64,000 bases of DNA from the human T2T-CHM13v2.0 reference genome, Homo sapiens: assembly GCF_009914755.1 (NCBI RefSeq), contig NC_060935.1, one strand, 5' to 3'. Below the pieces are notes generated by a model. That model was not told the origin of the DNA. It did not search any database and saw nothing but the letters and a program-made list of their open reading frames with translations. Numbering within the stretch: the first letter of the stretch is position 1; the number at the start of each line of letters is the position of its first letter. Position numbers and translations under genes: made by a program. Positions 49,094 through 64,000 of the stretch are shown here, piece after piece.

Positions 49094-50099
49094 TTAATGT
49101 GGTTGCCCTTTCTCACCCACACAAGAAAAAGGATGGAACAGATCATAAGATTCGACTGTTCTGCTGAGCAGCCTCCGCAGGGCACTTTGTATGTCCCTGT
49201 TTCTCAGGCTGTAGATGAAAAGGTTCAGCATGGGGGTGACCACAGAGAACATCGCTGACGCCACCACACCATTCCTGGGGGGTGGTGACACAGCTGAAGT
49301 CAGGTACATGCCAATGCCTGTTCTATAAAATCAGCAAACAACTGCTAGGTGAGAGCCACATGTGGAGAAGGCTTTATACTTCCCATCTGATGATGAAATC
49401 CTTAGAATGGAGGGGACGATTTTACAGTAAGACCATAGGATCCCTGAAATGGGAAGAAAACCAAACATAGTACTATTGAAATATATGAATATGCTATTGA
49501 TGACGCTGTCAGAACAGGCAAGTTTGAGAAGTTGAGAGGGGTCACAGACAAAATTAGAGATTTCCACATTCTTGATGATTGTGAATTGTAACACAATTCA
49601 ACTGTGCAGCTGGGAATCCAACATGCTAAGGAAAAAGGACACCAAAAGGAAGGAGACACAGAGGTGAGGATTCACGATGACTGGGTAGTGCAGAGGGCGA
49701 CAGATGGCTACAAAGCAGTCATAGGCCATCACTGTCAGGAGCATGCCTTCTATACATGCAAAAAGGATGAAGAAAGACATCTGCGTCAGACAGCCCGCAT
49801 GAGAGATGACTCTGCTATGCGACTGCATGTCCACAATCATCTTGGGAACCGTGGCCAAGGTGAAACCGATGTCAGCCCAGCACAGTTTAGAGAGGAAGAA
49901 GTACACGGGGGTGTGGAGGGGAGAGACAGAGCTGACAGCCAGGATGCTGAGCAGGTTCCTCAGCACCATGACCAGACACATGGACAGGGACAGGGAGAGC
50001 AAAGCGAGGACCGGCTGCAGTTCTGGATCCTCTGAGAGTCCCAGGAGGAGGAATTCTCAGACATCTGTGAGATTCCATGGCTCTGTGTGTCTTGGACAC
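49094..50099 (-). pseudogene. OR7E: Olfactory receptor family 7E pseudogene (OR7E117P if the locus is 11p15.4)
   Basis: Motifs [66 protein letters not shown]; in-frame TGA at 50059-50057 and ~49600, plus frameshifts. Confidence 0.95.
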
Positions 50100-50732
50100 C
50101 TTGAGAAGGAAAGAGGATTGGAAAAATAAAAGATAAAAACCAGCCCTTAATGCTGGATGCAAGCAATTCACAAGGAACATCTTCACACTTGTGGACCATA
50201 CACCGCCAGCAATGTTTCTCAGTTATGACAATTCCAAAAATCTCAGAATTATTACGTGATTTACTTTTTTGCTATACAAGGCTTTCTGTACATACTACTT
50301 TAGAGAAAATCCACTGAAGAATATTAGAAGACCAAAACGTCATATATAACAAATCCGTGATCTCAGTAAAATACGGCCTACTCTTTTCAGAAAAAATACA
50401 ATGCAATGACAATGTCCTTCTCTCTTTAAGAAAAAGATCTCAGTCTAACTGAAAGAAATTAAGAAGCCGTGAAATACACTCTACTTTATTCTGACACGGT
50501 GCTACAACTTCCATTGATGTAGAACATGTAAAAGGACAACACAAGAGCTAGGACCCCATTATCTGAAAACGAAATCAAACCTTATAGTTCTCAATCGGAA
50601 GACCTTTTCACATGCCTGTTATTTTTCATATTTATTATCATCCTTCGGTTTTCTGACATCATTTCTTCATAAAAGTACATGCACACTCAAAAATGGGAGC
50701 TGTGTTTCCAAATGAATTGAATCTATAACTCT

Positions 50733-50950
50733 TGGCCCAGCACCATGGCTCACACCTGTAATCCCAGCACTTTGGGCGGCCGAGGCTGATGGATCACCTG
50801 AGGTCAGGAGTTCCAGAACAGCCTGGCCAACGTGGTGAAACCCCGTCTCCAGTGAAAATAAAAAAACATTAGCCGGGCATGGTGGCGGCTAACCCTAGCT
50901 ACTCGGGAGGCTGAAGCAGGAGAATCCCTTAGAACCTGGAAGGCAGACAT
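50733..50950 (+). mobile_element. 3'-truncated Alu running directly into satellite
   Basis: Alu ends at 'ggaaggcagacattg' without a tail. Confidence 0.85.
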
Positions 50951-52124
50951 TGGACACCCTGTGATAGGATTTTTGATATCCTAGGGAGATATTGCTCCTG
51001 ACAGCAGAGTGGGCGTACACCCTGTGATATTATTTGTAATATCCTAGAAAGATATTGCTCCTAATATCACGGTCGCTCTACACCCTGTGATCTTAATTGT
51101 AATATCCTACAGAGATATTACTCCTAATAATACAGTGGGCGTACACCCTGTGATATTATTCATAATATATTACAGAGATACGACTCCTGATATCACAGTG
51201 AGTGTACACCATGTTTGTACACTCTGTGATCTTATTTGTAACAACTTAGAAAAATATTACAGGTAATATCAAAGTGGGTGTACACACTGCGATGTTATTT
51301 GTTATCTACTAGGTAGATATTACTCCTAATATCACAGTGAGTGTACACCATGTGTGTACAGACTGTGAAATTATTCGTAATACCCTAGGAAGATATTACT
51401 CCTCATATCACAGTGGGTGTACACCGTGAGTGATATTTTTTTCTAATATCCAGCGGGGGAGAGGATGATATTGCTTCCCATATCACAGAAGGTGTACACC
51501 CCCCTGTGATATTGTTCCTAATATCCAGGGAAGGAGAGGATGACATTATTCACAATATCACTGGGGGTGTACCACCTCCCGCCCCGATATTGTTCTTAAT
51601 ATCCGGAGGTGGAGAGAATGATGTTACTCCCAATATCACAGGAGGTGTACACCACCCCTGTTTGTAAACACCCCTGTGATATTGTTCCAAATGGCCTGTG
51701 AAAGAGTAAACATGACTCCCATTATCGCGGGGGGTGTTCAGCCCTTATGATATTGTTTTCTAACATCCAGGGAAGGAGAGTATGCTATTACTCCCAATAT
51801 CGCAGGGGTTGTACACCCTTTTGTGTTTTTGTGCCCAATATCCAGGAAAATAGAGGATGATGTTTCTCCCAATGTCGAGGTAATTGTACAGCACCCCTGG
51901 GATAGTCTCCCTAATATCCAGAAAGGAAGAGAATGATATTACTCCCAACAGCGTAGGAAACGTATACCCGTGCTGTGGTATCTTTCCCAGTATCCAGGTG
52001 GGGAGAGGATCATATTACTTCCAATGTCGCAGGGTGTGTACACCCTTTCTGTGATCTCGTCGCTAACATCCAGGTTTGGGGAGGACGACATTACTCCCAA
52101 TATCGCAGGGGGAGTACACCCCGC
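50951..52124. repeat. SATR1/SATR2-type satellite array
   Basis: Diverged tandem units with core 'gtgtacaccctgtgatattatt..taatatc'; ~63-bp spacing in the first half, ~76-bp spacing in the second. Confidence 0.88.
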
Positions 52125-52154
52125 TACAGGCATGAGCCACCGTGCCTGCCCGGC

Positions 52155-54583
<2,429 letters not shown>

Positions 54584-55235
54584 TACACCTAAGATAAGAT
54601 ATATGGATTTCTAGCCCTGAGGTTATATCAATTTACTTCGATTTGCTCAACCAGGCTTCTAGTTTTTTTCTTAAGCCTATTCTGACTCCTCTCTTCTTGC
54701 TTTCTTGTTACACTTGTTTATCTTTCTAAGCCAGCACCCTCCATCGTATTTCATTCATAAAAAAATGAGTGTTTTATCATACAAAGCTAGAGTCATGGAA
54801 TTTTAGAGATCATCCAGCCCCCACCATCTCATTTTCCATCTCAGATAGGAAAACTTTTATATGTTCAAAGTCATACAGCAAATCAGAACAGCATAAGGAC
54901 TAGGTCTCCTGTCCCTACACTCTGCCTACACTACACACTCTGCCTCTTGCGCACACTATACATTTCTTAGAAGTTTCAAACTGAAAGAATCTCAGTTCAC
55001 ATGAGCGAACTTCACAAGAGTCACTCCTTTTGAGATTCCTGAGGAAAGAGAGGCAGCATTGGGAAGAGAAAATGAAGTTAGAACAGAAAGAACAAGAGTA
55101 GATCCTTTTGTCGTGCAGTTTTAGGAGAGATCCAGAGAGTTAAGACAAAGTCAAGTTTGGTCTGAGACTATTCTTCCATTGTGGAAAGGGCTAAAAAATG
55201 TAAAAAGGCCGATGGTGCCAGTTCAGTGTGCCCTA

Positions 55236-55365
55236 CCAGGTTCCACTGTGGCAGTGCCAGGTTCCAGTGTGCCAGGTTCCACTGTGGCAGTGCCAGGTTC
55301 CAGTGTGCCAGGTTCCACTGTGGCAGTGCCACGTTCCAGTGTGCCAGGTTCCACTGTGGCAGTGC
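55236..55365. repeat. 36-bp minisatellite (ccaggttccactgtggcagtgccaggttccagtgtg) x ~3.6
   Basis: Near-perfect tandem copies built from 21+15 bp subunits. Confidence 0.93.
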
Positions 55366-55559
55366 TAGGAGCTGACCTGACTGGAGCTCGATCTCTGTGA
55401 TCCTGCCCAGTCTATAAAATGAAGCTCCGTGAGATTAGGAACCTGTCTGTCTCGTTCTGTAATGCATTCCTGGCACCTAGAACATTGCCCAGAGCAAAGT
55501 AGCCTTTTAGTGTAAATGTTCATTATATAAGTGACCTTTCAAAGGGGAGTTGTAGATAG

Positions 55560-57045
<1,486 letters not shown>

Positions 57046-57973
57046 GTTTTAGGATAAATAAAAGTTTCTCAGAGTTCTTTTCCATTTTGGCCATCTACAT
57101 TACTCTGCACTTCTAGGACCATGGTGGGATGGAGGTCAAAGGGAGACAGCAACTGCAGAGTCTTATCAGAAGGGTATTGAACATCAACAGCAGGGTGAAA
57201 CATACATGCAGGTACTTTGTGAAACTGTAGCGAAGGAATGTCCTGCAACATTTCAGCAAGAGACAGATGGTACATGTAAGCTGGGATTACAGATGGATGG
57301 CACTCAGTTTTATAATTTAGGGTGCCTAAAACGTCATAGACTTTTTTTCTAATGAGTCATTCTAATTGGTATGTTATAGTGAAAGCAAAACATAGGGCTT
57401 TTAACTCTGTGAAATGGGGTTATTATGATCACCAGTTTTCTAGTAAGAAAAGCACAGAGAAATTTAGTGGGGTGACCCAGGTCACACTGCCAAATAAGTC
57501 TTGGAGCGGATTTGAACCTAGGCCACTTGATTCCAACTAACCGTTGCTCAGAAGCTAATAATGAATCATTTCCTAATAATTAATTTCCTGATAATCTCAC
57601 TTAGAGTTAAGGTTAAAATAAACTATCTCTACACACCTATCTAGTTACCCTTTCTAGTAGCATTCACTGTAACATTCATGAGACAAGGTAAAGAAAAATG
57701 AAAAACCTGGAAAATTAAAGAAAAGATTTCAGGATTATTGCTAGGTCCAAGAAAAGATTGTAATGGTAATTAGAAAATATTAAAGAGTTAATGAGAATAA
57801 AAATACTACTCAAGCTTGTAGAATGAAGCCAAAGTTATGCTTTACAAGAAAGACATTTACCTTTAAAATAACCTGTGATAGAAGAATCAGAGTTGAAAAT
57901 TAAAGACAAAAATTTTTTAAGATAAGGGGAAAAAGGAAATTTCAATAAATAAAAAAGGAAAAAGGAATTAGGG

Positions 57974-58880
57974 GGCCAGGTGCAGTAGCTCATGCCTGTA
58001 ATCCCAGCACTTTGGGAGGCTGAAGCAGGCAGATGACTTGAGGCCAGGAGTTCAAGACCAGTCTGGCCAACATGGCAAAACCCTGTCTCTACTAAAAATA
58101 CAAAAATTAGTTGGCTGTGGTGGTGCACGCCTGTAATCCTAGCTACTCAGGAGGCTGAGGCACGAGAATCGCTTGAACCTGAGAGGCGGAGGTTGTAGTG
58201 AGCTGAGATCATGCCACTGCACTCCATTCTAGATGGCAGAGTGTGACTGTGTCTCAAAAAAAAAAAAATTAGGGGCCGGGTGCAATGCAATGGCACATGC
58301 CTGTAATCTCAGTGGTTTGGGAGGCCGAGGAGGGACAATCGCTTGAGCCCAAGAGTTTGAGACCAGCCCGTGCAACATAGTGAGAACTTGTCTCTACAAA
58401 AAATTGTTTTTAATTAGCTGGGCATGGTGGTGTGAGCCTATGGTCCCAGCTGCTCAAGAGGCTGAGGTGAGAGGATTGCTTGAGCCCCAGAGTTCAAGGC
58501 TACAGTGAGCCATGATCCTGCCACTGCATCCCAGCCTGGGTAGGGCAAGACCCCATTTTTTTTTCTTCTTTTTATTTGAGACAGGGTCTCACTCTGGTCA
58601 CCTGGCTGGAGTGCAGTGGTGCAGTCGCAGCTCACTGCATGCAGCCTTGGCTTCTGAAGCCCAAGCAGTCCTCCCACCTCAGCACCTCAGCCTCCCAAGT
58701 AGCTAGGACCACAGACATGCACTACCACGCCTGGCTAATTTTTTTGTTTTTGTATAGACAGGTTCTCACTATGTTGCTCAGGCTGGTCTCAAACTCCTGG
58801 GCTCTAGCAATCCTCCCACCTTGGCCTCCTAAAGTGCTGAGATTACAGCCACAAATCGCTGTACCCAGGGTGAGACCCCA
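57974..58880. mobile_element. Three adjacent Alus (+,+,-)
   Basis: Alu consensus. Confidence 0.88.
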
Positions 58881-59371
58881 TCTCTTTTTTAAAAAGTAGG
58901 GGTATAATCACAGATAAATTGAATTTTGACAAAGAATTAAGAAGCCAGCATACTACGATATAAATAAAATCTCTATGCAGAAATTATCTTGGGAGATTAT
59001 TGCACATAGACATTTCTGGAGCAAGGAGGTTATAAAATGCCTGTGATAGTTAGATATGGTGGCTAATGCTCTCTCTGCACGATATCTATATGTATATATA
59101 TACACACACCTCTTTGTAGATGGCTAGAAACTGTGGCTAAAACTGGTAGGTTTTTAGTTGTAAGTTAACAAAACTGTTCACAAAATAAATCATACTAAAA
59201 ACTTAACAATATTATTAGATAATATTTAGAAGGAAATAATGAAATAAATGTCCCCAAAAAGTTCAGTCATTTAAGAGTAGTTTGATAGTTTGAGTAGGCC
59301 CTGGCACTAGGTAGCAGTGTCCCCTGGTGGTGAATCTTGGTATTTCATATCTCTCCATCGTTTTTCCTCAG

Positions 59372-59457
59372 GGTTCTTCTGATGCTGAGGAGTCTGGTCC
59401 TAGCCCCTGGCTAGCTAATCCTTCCAGCCGGAGGACATTCTTCCCACATCCCCGTAC
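59372..59457 (+). pseudogene. XNDC1CP: XNDC1 C-terminal-like pseudogene, exon a (GSSDAEESGPSPWLANPSSRRTFFPHPR)
   Basis: tttttcctcag| ... |gtatgt; ends in phase 2, compatible with the next exon; identity inferred from adjacency and phase only. Confidence 0.6.
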
Positions 59458-59700
59458 GTATGTACCTGACAGAATGGAAGTCTCCCAGCCACCTCTGAGA
59501 TCTTTCTCCTGGAAAAGAAATGCTATCAAGTCACTGACAAGCACACAAGACCAGCCTGTGTTCACCAAATTAATCACGTACTCTAGGCCTAACCCTATCT
59601 GTATATTAAACTAGCTTTCTTGCTTAGATGCCATTGACTTGAGTAAGCAGAATAAGATCTATATTTCAAGTGGAACCAAGTACTCTCTGTTTCCCTGCAG

Positions 59701-59873
59701 GGACACCAAGGAAATTTCAGAGCTCAGGAATATCCTAACACAGTTGCAGCCAGGGACTCTGGGGCGTTCAGCCCACATGGTGCTTTCTGCTGCCCACAGG
59801 GTGCCTCCAGTCAGTGTGGCAAGCCCAAAGAACAACCATGCAGAACCAGGTTCCAGTCATCCAGACAGGGCAG
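59701..59873 (+). pseudogene. XNDC1CP: XNDC1CP / TRPC2 long-isoform N-terminal exon b (DTKEISELRNILTQLQPGTLGRSAHMVLSAAHRVPPVSVASPKNNHAEPGSSHPDRA)
   Basis: ttccctgcag| ... CAG|gtgagt; closely resembles recalled mouse Trpc2 long-form STKEISELKGMLKQLQPGPLGRAARMVLSAARKAPPASVVSPNNSHGEPG. Confidence 0.85.
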
Positions 59874-60648
59874 GTGAGTTCACACGACCTGTTCCTTCCT
59901 GTCCCTAGCAGTGCCCTTCCTCCCTGAATCTACCATTGCTCTGCAGGGATGGCTCACAAGTGGGACTTCATGTGGTAGAACAGATAATTGTTGGTGTCTT
60001 GTTACCAGAAGACAAATCAAATATTGTACAGTAATTGAAAAAGCACTGGCCTAGGAATCAGGAATCCTTATCTCTTTGGGCCTCAGCTGTCTACCACATA
60101 AGAAAAGACGTAGTTTATTATTTTAAGAAAAAGAGACTAGAAGGGAACTCATAATTTTTGGGCACCTACTATAGGCTGGGCCCTGGAGCTATGAAAGCAC
60201 TTTAAAATATATTAAATGCTGTACAAAGTGTTTCATAAATTCAGAATAACCAGACAAATGGAGGTTGATGGTTTTTATTATCACTCGTTTGACAGATATT
60301 TATTAAACATCGTTTGTGCCAGGCTCTGTGCTAGGGATACCGTAATAAATAGCAATGCTCCTTCCCTAGTGGAGAAACACATGTCAGTGTCACACAGATA
60401 AATTTAAATCTTCAAACTGTGATGAGTACTGTCAAGGAAAAGTATAATTGGAGGACTAGATTTAGATTAGAGAATCCAGGAAAAGTGCCTCATAGGAATT
60501 AGCATTTCATCTAAGACTTGAAGAGTGAGAAAGGCACACTCTTTGCCTCCAGGCAAAGAGGGTAGAAAGAATATTCTTAGAGGAAGGAACATCATATGTG
60601 AAGACTGCTTTGTTAAAGAGCTGTATTTAACGAGCATTTCTAATACAG

Positions 60649-60721
60649 ATCCCAGAGCAGAGGAGCAAAACTCTGAGAATGACGCACGCAGGATGAAAAG
60701 AAGGAAAGTGCAGCACCAAAG
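60649..60721 (+). pseudogene. XNDC1CP: XNDC1CP exon c (DPRAEEQNSENDARRMKRRKVQHQR)
   Basis: ttctaatacag| ... AAG|gtaagt; phases match; resembles mouse EPRAEEPNRKTAVGRRKRRKVQEPR. Confidence 0.82.
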
Positions 60722-60989
60722 GTAAGTAGATCAATATGAAAGACCCAAATCACCTCCCCAAACCTTATTGCCCTTTTGCAGCTGTCCTTCCCCCCAATCT
60801 TGTTTCATTAAAGGTCAGAGAGTATCCTTGTGTCTGGGTTTAACCTGTGGGTCTAGACCTAAGGGCAGTGAAGAAAAGATATCCTTGTCCACATGTTGTC
60901 AGGTTTGGAACTAGGCAAACAGGCAGTCCTGTAGTGAACCAGAATCTGAAGATGAGTGTGCTGTATTTCACGGGCTTCATCAAAATCTA

Positions 60990-63085
<2,096 letters not shown>

Positions 63086-63364
63086 TTGAATTTATATTTT
63101 TAAAGAGTGAGTTTTATGGTATGTGTACTATATTTCAATTAAAAAATAATAACCCAAGGGCAGTAATAGAATCTCTGTTCTCAGATGTTCAAAGGTTAAA
63201 TGTCTTCCCTCAAGTCTGGTATATCAGGTGGGAAAACCAGGACCCCAACCCAGGGTTTCTAGGTCTATGTTAACTCTTCTACATTATTTTTGCTCTGATT
63301 TCAGGCTCCTTCAGCCCTTATGGCCTCTTACTAATAGCTGGTCTTTAACTGTTCTTTCTCACAG

Positions 63365-63494
63365 GCCTTTATCCAACTCTAATTCTTGGCCAAACAGGAG
63401 GGAGACAGCAAGAGCATGGCAAAAAAAAAACAGCACCGACCCCAGGCCCAAAGCAGTGGTGGCCAGGATAGTGGACAGTGCCCGATTTGTGCAG
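63365..63494 (+). pseudogene. XNDC1CP: XNDC1CP exon d, frameshifted (RPLSNSNSWPNRRETARAWQKK / QHRPQAQSSGGQDSGQCPICA)
   Basis: ttctttctcacag| ... CAG|gtaaga; resembles mouse RSLSNSSSQPNRR..RQHRPQ..GQCPICAG only if the frame shifts in the A10 run at 63421-63430. Confidence 0.82.
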
Positions 63495-64000
63495 GTAAGA
63501 TGCTTGGGCACAGGGAGTTGTTGTATGACAACTAGGCATTCCTTGAGGGAGGAATAGGAGATCTGGGGGTACTGCCAAGAAACATTTGAATTTGGAGTGC
63601 TGGCTTCTGTCATCTCTGCAGCTCTCAGGTGTGGAACTGTATTTTTAGTCAAGTGTAATTCAAGACAAGTGTGTACTGAGCACAGTGTGCCAGCTAAGCT
63701 GAGGAAGGGACATGGGCCCTGCCCTCAGGAGAAGAATGAAACCAAGCAATGTAAAACACGATCGGAGAGGGCCTAGAATTTCCTTCGTAACTTTTTCCTA
63801 CGTGTCCAAATGCTGGTTCCTCTTTCAGTCTCTGTTCAAACGGTTCTACTTTGCCAAGTGTTCTCTTATCTGCCCAGATCATCTCCCGCAACTGAGCTTC
63901 TGCAGGATTATCTGATTCCCTTGGACTTAGCACTTCTCACTGTCTGCTGTGTATCAGTGTTATTTGTCTTCACAGCTTATACAGACTTCTTGGGGTGACA

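Noticed and set aside
49598-50002. Functional olfactory receptor CDS
   Set aside because: Fragment of a frame broken by stops and frameshifts; DRY-like motif altered (MAYDC).
50951-52124. Possible CRISPR-like repeat-spacer array
   Set aside because: Whole units are homologous with no unique spacers; this is a primate satellite and there are no cas genes.
57069-57275. Possible additional exon in unique-looking sequence
   Set aside because: No recognisable homology and no convincing paired splice sites in phase with the downstream exons.

Overview
Primate (most likely human) genomic DNA, very rich in Alu, L1, LTR and DNA-transposon remnants. No intact protein-coding gene is supported, and most listed ORFs are artefacts of repeats. 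Bases ~1-52,124 look like one copy of the OR7E ('7E') segmental-duplication module. It holds an RPS24 processed pseudogene, a CpG island with a spliced minus-strand transcript start encoding a 70-aa ORF, solo LTR12C and LTR5A elements, a VPS51 5'-fragment retrocopy, an OR7E pseudogene and a SATR satellite block. At ~52,125 the satellite abruptly joins a 26-bp Alu stub and a truncated Tigger1. Beyond it lie four phase-compatible plus-strand exons; three match my recollection of the N-terminal extension of the long mouse Trpc2 / Xndc1 protein, and the last has a frameshift in an A10 run just before a CPIC zinc-finger half. This suggests 11p15.4 (OR7E117P / XNDC1CP / TRPC2 region) and an evolutionary breakpoint that split XNDC1. 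The locus assignment comes from memory, not from a database search. Several templated micro-rearrangements are also visible.
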